Shown here: positions 20,400-29,507 of the stretch, in pieces
Position numbering within the stretch: position 1 is the first letter of the stretch
Layout: each line of letters starts with the position of its first letter
From: Hyphomicrobiales bacterium
GTDB taxonomy: Bacteria; Pseudomonadota; Alphaproteobacteria; Rhizobiales; Aestuariivirgaceae
Assembly: GCA_012032065.1 (NCBI GenBank)
Contig: JAAURV010000001.1
Span: 1-36,103, forward strand
Direction: 5' to 3'
DNA: 36,103 bases
Translations under genes and position numbers: made by a program
The notes under the pieces: generated by a model
Told to the model about the DNA's origin: nothing
Databases searched by the model: none
Seen by the model: only the letters and a program-made list of their open reading frames with translations

Positions 20400-20993
20400 A
20401 TGCGTGTGGATGAGATCTCGCGTGTTCTGGCCTCTGTCTTACGCCGGACATACTGGCGCATGAGCGCTCCACTGGGGGCAGCTTCGGAAGCTGCAGGCAA
20501 TCGGATCGCGCAATCGATACAAGCCGCGGACGCTGTTTCGGCGAAGCTTGACCCTGGCTGGGAGAAGGAACTGGCCGAGCCTCGACGGGTGAATTCGTCC
20601 GTTTTGGAGCCGGCAGTCAGGGCGCAAATCCATAGCCAACTGATCGATCGCAAGGCGGTAAACACGGCTCGCGGATGGGACAGCGAGTATGTCACGGGGC
20701 ACAACGCGGAACGGCATCCCGACAATCGCTTTGCCGAAGGGGTGTCAGCGAGCGGCGAAGAAATCTACTTACCCGCCGATCACGTAGCGCGGGCGTTTAC
20801 TCCATCCCCGGAAGACGAACGCCTCGCTTTGTTGATTGCGCAGCAGGCGCGGGCCGTTGCGCCGGAGGTTTTCGGAGAGAAAACAGGGAAAGGCGCTGAC
20901 AGCGGCAAAAATTTCGATTTTCTTCCGTTGATCAGCCGCGGCTTCGGCATAGCGCTGCTCTTCATTTGTGTAGCTCTCTTGTGGTCATTCTAA
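20400..20993 (+). CDS. Hypothetical protein with a C-terminal transmembrane helix
   Basis: 197 aa ORF filling the gap 11 bp after the previous gene and ending GFGIALLFICVALLWSF. Confidence 0.6.
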   Translation: MRVDEISRVLASVLRRTYWRMSAPLGAASEAAGNRIAQSIQAADAVSAKLDPGWEKELAEPRRVNSSVLEPAVRAQIHSQLIDRKAVNTARGWDSEYVTGHNAERHPDNRFAEGVSASGEEIYLPADHVARAFTPSPEDERLALLIAQQARAVAPEVFGEKTGKGADSGKNFDFLPLISRGFGIALLFICVALLWSF

Positions 20994-21043
20994 AGATGCT
21001 AGCCAAGCACGAGCTTATGTGAGACGTGCAGCAGACCCTTCCT

Positions 21044-21966
21044 TCAGCGATGATTGGACGAAAGATAGCTATCGCGGAGATGCTGAGGAGAGGTGCCGTA
21101 GGCCGCCGCGAAGTGAGCGTAGAACTGGCTCGCGGAACCAAAGCCGCTCTCCGTGGCGATCGTGGCGATGGCCGTGTCTTGCTCCAGCAGCAGGCCGCGG
21201 GCCCGCAAGAGCCGCATCCTGATGATGAATTGTTTCAGTGAAATGTTCATGGTGCGGGTGAACAGGCTGAGGGCATAGTTCATATGCAGCCCAGTCGTGC
21301 GCGTCACATCTTCGTTTCTGAGGGGCACCTGGATGTTTTCGACGACGTGCCGGATCATCGCCACGACATGCCTCACATGCGGAGTTGCGAGACCGTGTTT
21401 GCCGGTCTTGCCTTTCCAAGGCGGCTTGAGGAAGTCGAAGGGTCTTAAGCTGAGCCGCCGGAACAACGCATTGATCTCCATCTTCATCACATCCAGGCGT
21501 TCGGGTTCGCCGGTCCGGTAGTCGCCGTACCATGCTTCACCTGAGATGCATCGCAAAGTTCGCGCGGCACATTCACCATGCCACCTGTCAGAATAGCGAC
21601 CTGCAAGTCCGGGATGTGCGGCATCAGGAGAAATGTGTCGAGCGGCAGGTAGATGTTGGAAAGTTCCGGCTCCGCCGACGCCAGTCGCTCGACTGCGACA
21701 AGCTGGTGTGGCACGCCGGCCCAAAAGATCAACAATTGATCGGGTTCAACGGTAATCCGCTGGCCGTCGGCCACATAGATCATGCGGCCATTGCTGATGA
21801 TGTTCGCTTCCACATGGCCATGCCAATGAGGCCGGTCCATGAGTTCCGGCTTGAAGATGCGCATGCCGAAACGGCCAAAGGCTTTGGAGCGGGAATAGAA
21901 CCGGCGCTCCGGCGTGTTGGAAACAGCCTTTCCGGCAACGGATTTGACCTGCGCCACGTGTTGCAC
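21044..21966 (-). CDS. AraC/MelR-family transcriptional regulator, AgpT-like (apparent frameshift at about 21534)
   Basis: Cupin sensor domain HWHGHVEAN...FWAGVPHQL as in MelR, and C-terminal HTH GLHMNYALSLF...IATESGFGSASQFYAHF. Divergent from the sugar operon. GTG start uncertain. Confidence 0.9.
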
Positions 21967-21977
21967 TGCACACCTTA

Positions 21978-22005
21978 GAAACCCGGAATCATTATTCCGG
22001 TTTTC
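21978..22005. promoter_or_regulatory. Inverted repeat in the divergent promoter region, candidate operator
   Basis: gaaacccggaat-catt-attccggttttc, 11/12 arm match. Confidence 0.5.
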
Positions 22006-22130
22006 GGATTGCGGCAAGGAGGGAGCGGGTGGATCATGTAAAGATCGAGAGGCCAATGCGAAGCGGCAGCCAATGTCGTCCGGGCTTCCTCGTGTGCACA
22101 AAGACCGGTTCCACTTTGGGAGGATCCCCG

Positions 22131-24205
22131 ATGAAGAAATTGACGACACTTGTCGCCGGCACGCTGGCGCTCGGCGTGTCCGCCACGGCTGTCCTGGCTG
22201 ATGGCGCAACACCCGCCGCACTGCCCGAAGCGCCGAAATTCGACGCTCAAGGTCAGGTGACCTTTGTCGGTATTGGCGACATTCTCGAGTACAAGGCGCT
22301 TGAGAAGTATGGCGAACCGGATTTCGTCAAGGCTCTGGCCGATGCGGGCAAGCTTCCCGCCGTGAAGGACCGGCTTCCCAAGGAACCCATGGTCTACAAG
22401 ACCGGCAATATGAAGGACGGCGTTGGCGTCTACGGCGATGTCATGCGCCACGTCATCGGCGGCCGGCCCGAGGGCTGGAACTATTGGGCTGGCCAATCCC
22501 AGGGCTGGGGCGGTATCGATATCGGTCTCTCCGAGTGTCTTACCCGCACCGGACCGCTGTTCCAGGTGAAGGCCGAGGAACTTGCGCCCCTACCCAATCT
22601 CGCCAAGAGCTGGGAATGGTCGGCTGACGGCATGCAGCTCACCATGAAGCTTATCGATGGCGCCAAGTGGTCCGATGGCGATCCCTTCGATGCCGACGAC
22701 ATCATGTATCACTGGGAATACAACATCGTCGACGAGCAGGTAACTCCGCTCCAGCAGGAATCGCCAGCCACCTTCGGCGAAGGCGCGACCCTCGAGAAAG
22801 TCGATGCCTCTACGCTCAAATGGACGTTCAAAACGGCCTTCCCGACGCAGGTTCTCTACTCGATGGCCTATGGCACATTCTGCCCGGGCCCCTCGCATAT
22901 CCTTGCGCCGCAGCATCCCAAGAACTCCAAGAACACCTACGAGCAATACAAGAACGCCTTCCCGCCCACCTACATGGGCATGCCCACGATGGGAGCTTGG
23001 GTCGTCGTCGAACACCGGCCGGATGACATCGTCGTCCTGCGCCGCAATCCCTACTACTGGAAGGTGGATGAGGCCGGCAACCAGCTGCCCTATCTGAACG
23101 AAATGCACTACCGGCTCTCGACCTGGGCTGATCGCGACGTTCAGGCTGTGGCCGGCACCGGCGATTTCTCCAACCTCGAGCAGGCCGAGAACTACGTCGA
23201 AAGCTTGAAGAAGGCGGCCGATCCGGGATCGCCGGCGCGTCTCGAGTTTGGCCAGCGCACGATTGCATACTCGCTGCACTTCAATCTCAGCGGCAATGGC
23301 TGGGCAAGCCGGATGAGCGAGCCCAGGCGATACGCGAACTCAACCGCAACATCAACTTCCGCAAGGGCGTGACGTCGATGCTCGACCGTCAGCGGCTGGG
23401 TGAATCTCTGGTGAAGGGTCCCTTCACGGCGATCTATCCCGGCGGGCTGCATCCGGGAACATCGTTCTTCGATGCGGCTTCGACGGTCCACTTCCCCTAC
23501 AATGTCGAGGCTGCCAAAGCCGAGTTCGCGGCAGCGGGATTGAAGGACTCGGATGGCGACGGCATCCTCAACTTCCCCGAAGGCAAGGCCGGCGGCAAGA
23601 ATGTGGAAATCACCATGCTGGTGAATGCCGATTACCAGTCGGACAAGAGCCTGGCCGAAGGCGTGGTGGCGATGAGCGAAGCCGTAGGGCTTCGCGTGAT
23701 TCCCAACATTGTCGCCGGCAATGACCGCGATGCCGCGCGCAAAGCCGGCAACTTCGACTGGCACATCTGGCGTAACGGGGCGGAGTTCGTGACGGCGGTT
23801 CAGAACTCTGAACGCCTGTCGCCTACTGGGCCGCAAACCAGCGACTGGCACAAAGCGCCCGAGGGCGGCGAGGTCGACTTGCTCGACTTCGAGAAGGCGA
23901 TGAACGACGTCGTCACCAAGTTCGTCGCCTCGCGCGACCCCAACGAGCGCACGGAGTTGATGAAGCAATATCAAAAACTCCACACCGAGAACGTCTACAC
24001 GGCGGGCCTCACGGCCTATCCGGGTGCGTTGATCATCAACAAGCGCTTCGCCAACGTGGCGCCGGGTGCTCCGATCTTCATGTACAACTGGGCCGAGGAC
24101 AACATCATCCGCGAGCGAGTCTACGTGCCCGCCGACAAGCAACAGTCGCACGAACTCTATCCCGGCAAGCTGCCTGACGTTCCGGGCGGCAAGGGTGTGA
24201 TGTAA
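22131..24205 (+). CDS. agpA: Family-5 ABC substrate-binding protein, alpha-galactoside-binding AgpA-like (apparent -1 frameshift at about 23304)
   Basis: Signal peptide MKKLTTLVAGTLALGVSATAVLA, GKLPAVKDRLP, PNLAKSWEWSADG, KWSDGDPFDADD, RNPYYWKVDEAGNQLPY. RBS ggagg. Context with melA. Confidence 0.88.
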
Positions 24206-24212
24206 CAATCGA

Positions 24213-24331
24213 TTTTCTCCCTCACGCGCAAGCGTGGGGGAGTACCCGAAGGGGGAGGGTGTGTTCGAGCCAAGCTCAGATACTCCTCCCGGCTTCGCCG
24301 TACTCCCCATCGCTTCGCGATGAAGGAGAAA
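24213..24331. repeat. About 120-bp mosaic palindromic intergenic element (RIME/CIR/MITE-like)
   Basis: Imperfect terminal inverted arms tctccctcacgcgcaagcgtgggggagtac and gtactccccatcgcttcgcgatgaaggaga, each itself a hairpin, plus inner ccgaagg and cggcttcgccg stems. Confidence 0.75.
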
Positions 24332-24340
24332 GATAAAACC

Positions 24341-25346
24341 ATGCTCCGCTTCCTCGCACTCCGCATCCTCGCGGCGATCCCGGTGTTGCTCGCCATGAGC
24401 GTGATCATTTTCACGATCATCCAGGCGCCGCCGGGGGATTACGCCGACTACGTGCGCAACCAGCTGCTCTATCAGGGCAACGCCACCACGGCGGCGGCGG
24501 ACGCGGCAGCCGAGAACTTCCGCCGTCTCTACGGCCTCAACGACCCGCTCATAGTGCAGTATTTCCGCTGGATCGGCGGCTTTTTCGTGGGCGATCTGGG
24601 TCATAGTTTCTTCTACAACCGCCCCATTCTCGACGTGGTGGCCGACCGCCTGCCCGCCACCATCGGCATTTGCGCTGACGTGTCATTTTCTCGCGTCGGT
24701 TCTGGGCATCGGCTTTGGCGTTGTCGCCGCGCGCAATCAATATGGCTTGGGCGATACCGCGCTTTCGATCATCTCGTTCCTTGGCATGACGATCCCGCGC
24801 TTCCTGATGGCGCTGATCATTCTCTACATCCTCGCCTTCAAGCTGAATGTGCAGGAACTGGGCTCGTTCTATTCCACCGCCTATGGCGGGCTGCCCATGT
24901 CCCTCGCCAAGTTCTGGAATCTCGTGCAGCACATCTGGCCCGTGGTTGCCGTGGCCACAATTGGCGGCCTTGCCTACAACATGCGCGTGATGCGCGCCAA
25001 TCTGTTGGACACCTTGAACGCACAGTATGTCGAAACCGCGCGCGCCAAGGGCCTCCGTGAGTCAGACGTGATCCTGAAACACGCGGTTCCCAATGCGCTT
25101 CACCCGTTGGTGGCTTACCAGGGCGTGGTGCTTCCCTACATGCTTGCCGGCGAGATCGAAGTCGCCATCATCTTCGCCTTACCCACCATCGGCCCCGCCA
25201 TCGTGGACTCGATGAAGCGAGGCGATGTCATGGTGACGGGTACGATCCTGCTCATTCTCGGCGCCACGCTGATCGCCGGCAACATCATCGCCGACATGCT
25301 GCTGGCCTGGATGGACCCGCGTGTGCGGTTGGGAGACGAAACGTGA
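24341..25346 (+). CDS. ABC transporter permease, OppB/DppB type (apparent +1 frameshift at the ttt 24669-24671)
   Basis: IIQAPPGDY, YGLNDPLIVQYFRW, GDLGHSF and the EAA loop YVETARAKGL...KHAVPNAL. Confidence 0.93.
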
Positions 25347-26497
25347 GCGAGCGGGATATCTTCGCGCCCTACGTCAAGGAAGAGGATGCCTCCTACCTCG
25401 ACACTACGCCAGGCGCTTCCCGATTCGCGAGGAACGAAAGTTATCTCACGCTTGTGTGGCGCAAGTTCAGGCGTTCGGTCACGGGAATGATCGGACTCGT
25501 GCTTGTCGGCCTGCTTGCGCTCGGCGCAATCTTTGCCGATTTCGTGGCACCCGTGGAACCCAAGCAGGCGAACATCGCTTTCGCGCCGCCAGACAAGGTG
25601 AGCTTCTTCACCAAGGACGGTTTCTCGTTTCGGCCCGTCACCTTTCCAACCGAGGAAAGCACCGAGCTCGATCCCATCACCTTCCAACCCATCATTGGGC
25701 CCGACTACGGCAATCCGCGGCCGATCGGGTTTTTCGTTGAAGGTTACTCATACAAGCTGCTGGGCTTGATACCTTCCAACACACATCTGTTCGGAACTGG
25801 CGACGGCAAGCCATTCCATCTCCTCGGCACCGACAAGCTGGGCCGCGACATCTTCTCCCGCGGCGTTGTCGGCTCGCGGTTGTCGCTCGTCATCGCGCTC
25901 ACCACGGTGGCATTCATCACCATTGTGGGGACTTCGATTGGTATCATCTCGGGCTACAAGGGCGGGCGGTTCGATAACTGGGTGCAGCGCGTTGTCGAAG
26001 TCGTTCTGGCTTTCCCGCAATTGCCGCTTTACCTGACGCTTGCGACGCTGATCCCCGTGACCGCGCCCACCAGTGTGTTCCTTGCTTTCGTCGTCATCGT
26101 CATGGCGGCACTCGGATGGGCTCAGCTCTCGCGCGAAGTGCGCGGAAAAACCATGGCGCTGGCGCGGATCGAGTATGTGCGGGCAGCGCAGGCCATTGGC
26201 GCCTCCGACACGCGCGTCGTTTTCCGCCACATCCTCCCGAACGTCTTGTCGCACGTGATCGTTGCCGTGACGATCGGCATTCCCACCATCATCCTGCTTG
26301 AGTCCTTCCTTGGCTTCCTGGGCTTTGCGGTGAAACCGCCGCTGATTTCCTGGGGTCTGATGCTGCAGGACACCGGCAATTTCTCCGTTCTCGGATCATA
26401 TCCGTGGATCCTGTCTCCGGTCGGATTTGTGCTTCTTGCGGTCTTTGCCTTCAACGCGCTGGGCGATGGCCTGCGCGACGCCATTGATCCCTATTGA
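25343..26497 (+). CDS. ABC transporter permease, OppC/DppC type
   Basis: HLLGTDKLGRDIFSR, EYVRAAQAIGASDTRVVFRHILPN and FNALGDGLRDAIDPY. Confidence 0.96.
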   Translation: MSERDIFAPYVKEEDASYLDTTPGASRFARNESYLTLVWRKFRRSVTGMIGLVLVGLLALGAIFADFVAPVEPKQANIAFAPPDKVSFFTKDGFSFRPVTFPTEESTELDPITFQPIIGPDYGNPRPIGFFVEGYSYKLLGLIPSNTHLFGTGDGKPFHLLGTDKLGRDIFSRGVVGSRLSLVIALTTVAFITIVGTSIGIISGYKGGRFDNWVQRVVEVVLAFPQLPLYLTLATLIPVTAPTSVFLAFVVIVMAALGWAQLSREVRGKTMALARIEYVRAAQAIGASDTRVVFRHILPNVLSHVIVAVTIGIPTIILLESFLGFLGFAVKPPLISWGLMLQDTGNFSVLGSYPWILSPVGFVLLAVFAFNALGDGLRDAIDPY

Positions 26498-26500
26498 GGC

Positions 26501-28123
26501 ATGATGATTGAAGCGCAAGACATCATCCTCGAGGCCCGCAACGTGGCCGTCACCTTCAAGGTGGAAGGCGGCGAGGTGAAAGCCGTCAAGAATATGAACT
26601 TCGCGCTGCGCAAGGGCGAGACAATTGCGATCGTGGGCGAATCCGGTTCGGGAAAGTCCGTCACTGCGCGGGCTGTCATGCGGCTTCTGTCGAAGCGCGC
26701 GACGATCTCGAGGCAGTCCTCAATTTTTCTCGACGGGCACGACGTGACGAAACTCTCGGAGCGCGAAATGCGCGCGCTTCGAGGCGACAAGGTGTCGATG
26801 ATTTTTCAGGAACCGATGACCTCGCTCAATCCAGTCTACACCGTGGGCTCGCAAATCGTTGAAGTGATCCGCATTCACAACAAAATTTCGAAGGCTGGAG
26901 CTTGGGCGCGCGCGCTGGAGCTTCTGAAAGAAGTGCACATTCCGGACCCCGAAGCACGCATCAGGCAGTATCCGCATCAGCTCTCGGGCGGGCAGCGCCA
27001 GCGGGTTATGATCGCCATGGCGCTCGCCAACCGCCCGGACATCCTGATTGCCGATGAGCCGACGACCGCTCTGGACGTGACCGTGCAGGCGCAGATTTTG
27101 AATCTTATAAAGGAACTGAAAGACAAACACGGCATGGCCGTGATCTTGATCACCCACGATCTCACCGTCGTGCGCCAGTTTGCCGACCGCGTCTATGTAA
27201 TGCAGCATGGCGAGGTGAAAGAGCACAATGCGACCGAGGCATTGTTCAGGAACCCGAGGCATCCCTACACCAAACGGCTCTTGTCTTCCGATCCGAAAGG
27301 CGTGGCAAAGCCCCTGGAAGACGGTCACCCGAGCATTCTCACCGGCAAGGATGTTCGCGTCACTTACACGCTGAAGCGGGGTGGGTTATTCAATGCAACC
27401 TATTCGGACCTGCATGCCGTCGACCGCCTGAGCCTCGATCTCAAGCGCGGCGAAACGCTGGGACTGGTGGGCGAGTCGGGTTCCGGCAAGACGACGTTCG
27501 GCCAGGCGCTGATCCGCCTGCTCAATCCGCAAGAAGGCGAGATCGCCTTCGACGGCAAACGCATCGATGGCCTGAAGCGGGATGCCCTGCGCCCGTTCCG
27601 CAGCCGCATGCAGATCGTGTTTCAGGATCCGTTCTCCTCCATGAACCCCCGCATGAATGTGAGGCAGATCATCGAGGAGGGACTGATCGTCAACAGCATT
27701 GGCTCATCCCCGGCGGATCGCCTGGGCCGCGTGCAGAAAGCGCTGGCCGATGCGGGAATGCCCGCGGACATTCTCTCGCGCTTCCCTCACGAATTCTCCG
27801 GCGGCCAGCGCCAGCGCCTGGCCATCGCGCGCGCCATCGCCATGGAGCCGGAATTCATCATGCTGGATGAACCGACTTCGGCGCTCGATCTTTCCGTGCA
27901 GGCGCAGATCATCGAGTTGCTGCGAACGCTCCAACGTGAACGCGGCCTCTCCTATCTTTTCATCTCGCATGACCTGAAAGTGGTGCGCGCCCTTTGCCAC
28001 CGCGTCATCGTCATGCAACACGGCAAGATCATGGAGCAGGGGCCTGTGGCCCAGGTGCTCACCAACCCCAAGACCGGCTACACCAAGCGCCTCGTGCGCG
28101 CGGCGTTCGATATTGCAGCGTAG
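26501..28123 (+). CDS. ABC transporter ATP-binding protein with two fused ATPase domains
   Basis: Two Walker A motifs (GESGSGKS, GESGSGKT), two signatures (LSGGQRQR, FSGGQRQR) and two DEPT Walker B motifs. Confidence 0.97.
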   Translation: MMIEAQDIILEARNVAVTFKVEGGEVKAVKNMNFALRKGETIAIVGESGSGKSVTARAVMRLLSKRATISRQSSIFLDGHDVTKLSEREMRALRGDKVSMIFQEPMTSLNPVYTVGSQIVEVIRIHNKISKAGAWARALELLKEVHIPDPEARIRQYPHQLSGGQRQRVMIAMALANRPDILIADEPTTALDVTVQAQILNLIKELKDKHGMAVILITHDLTVVRQFADRVYVMQHGEVKEHNATEALFRNPRHPYTKRLLSSDPKGVAKPLEDGHPSILTGKDVRVTYTLKRGGLFNATYSDLHAVDRLSLDLKRGETLGLVGESGSGKTTFGQALIRLLNPQEGEIAFDGKRIDGLKRDALRPFRSRMQIVFQDPFSSMNPRMNVRQIIEEGLIVNSIGSSPADRLGRVQKALADAGMPADILSRFPHEFSGGQRQRLAIARAIAMEPEFIMLDEPTSALDLSVQAQIIELLRTLQRERGLSYLFISHDLKVVRALCHRVIVMQHGKIMEQGPVAQVLTNPKTGYTKRLVRAAFDIAA

Positions 28124-28133
28124 GAGAGACCAC

Positions 28134-29507
28134 ATGGCTGCCAACCCACGAATCGCTTTCATTGGCGCAGGCTCGACCGTGTTCATGAAGAACATCATCG
28201 GCGACATTCTGCAGCGCCCCGCGACATCCGGCGCGACGATTGCGTTGATGGACATCAATCCCGAGCGTCTTTCCGAGTCCGAGGTCGTGGCGCAAAAGAT
28301 CGTGTCCACGCTTGGACTAAAGGCCAAGATCGAGACCCATTCGAACCAGAGAATGGCGCTGGACAAGGCGGATTTCGTAATCGTTGCCTTCCAGATTGGC
28401 GGTTACGAACCTTGCACGGTAACCGACTTCGAAGTGCCGAAGAAGTACAAGCTGCGGCAGACGATAGCCGACACGCTGGGCGCCGGCGGAATCATGCGGG
28501 GCCTTCGCACCGTGCCGCATCTTTGGAAGGTCTGCGAAGACATGATGCAAGTCTGCCCAAATGCGATCATGCTCCAGTATGTGAATCCCATGGCCATCAA
28601 CACCTGGGCGATTTCGGCGAAGTATCCGAAGATCAGGCAGGTGGGCTTGTGCCACTCCGTGCAGGGAACGGCGTGGGAACTCGCGCGCGATCTCGACATT
28701 CCGGTTGAGGACATCCGCTACCGCGCCGCCGGCATAAATCACATGGCATTCTATCTGCAGTTCGAGCACCGGCGGAAAGACGGGAGCTATCGCAATCTCT
28801 ATCCCGAACTTCTTCGCGGTTACGAAGAGGGCCGGTTTCCGAAGCCGTCGCATTGGAATAAGCGTTGCCCCAACAAGGTGCGCTACGAGATGCTGAAACG
28901 CCTCGGCTATTTTGTTACCGAAAGTTCGGAACATTTCGCCGAGTACACGCCCTACTTCATCAAGGAAGGCCGCGAGGACCTCATCCAGAAATATGGCATT
29001 CCGCTTGATGAGTATCCCAAGCGATGCGTGGAGCAGATCGCCCGATGGAAGCGCCAGTCGAACGCGTTGAAGAACGAGCCGATGGAGATCGAAGCATCGC
29101 ACGAGTATGCCTCGTCCATCGTCAACTCCGTGTGGACAGCCGAGCCGTCGGTGATCTACGGCAACCTGCGTAACAACGGCTGCATCACGTCGCTGCCGGA
29201 AGACTGCGCGGCGGAAGTGCCCTGCCTTGTCGACGATCGCGGAATTCAACCCACCTACATCGGCGACTTGCCGCCGCAGCTGACGGCCTTGATCCGCACC
29301 AACATCAATGTGCAGGAACTGACGGTGCGCGCGCTTGTGACCGAGAACCGCGAACACATTTATCACGCCGCCATGATGGATCCGCACACGGCGGCGGAGC
29401 TGGATTTGCAGCAGATATGGGACCTCACTGACGATCTTCTGGCGGCCCATGGCGATTGGCTGCCGGAGTTCGCGCGGGTCTCGAGGCCCCGGCAGGCAGC
29501 GGAATGA
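28134..29507 (+). CDS. melA: NAD+-dependent alpha-galactosidase, glycoside hydrolase family 4
   Basis: IAFIGAGSTVF, QTIADTLGAGGIMRGLRT, YVNPMA, GLCHSV, AGINHMAF and TESSEHFAEY closely resemble E. coli-type MelA. RBS aggag. Confidence 0.95.
   Translation: MAANPRIAFIGAGSTVFMKNIIGDILQRPATSGATIALMDINPERLSESEVVAQKIVSTLGLKAKIETHSNQRMALDKADFVIVAFQIGGYEPCTVTDFEVPKKYKLRQTIADTLGAGGIMRGLRTVPHLWKVCEDMMQVCPNAIMLQYVNPMAINTWAISAKYPKIRQVGLCHSVQGTAWELARDLDIPVEDIRYRAAGINHMAFYLQFEHRRKDGSYRNLYPELLRGYEEGRFPKPSHWNKRCPNKVRYEMLKRLGYFVTESSEHFAEYTPYFIKEGREDLIQKYGIPLDEYPKRCVEQIARWKRQSNALKNEPMEIEASHEYASSIVNSVWTAEPSVIYGNLRNNGCITSLPEDCAAEVPCLVDDRGIQPTYIGDLPPQLTALIRTNINVQELTVRALVTENREHIYHAAMMDPHTAAELDLQQIWDLTDDLLAAHGDWLPEFARVSRPRQAAE

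Noticed and set aside
20992-21007. aaag-N8-caag as a fourth copy of the flagellar promoter motif
   Set aside because: Spacing is 8 instead of 7 and there is no downstream + strand gene.
24213-24331. CRISPR array, tRNA or riboswitch
   Set aside because: No repeat-spacer periodicity, cloverleaf or recognisable aptamer. It fits a palindromic intergenic repeat.
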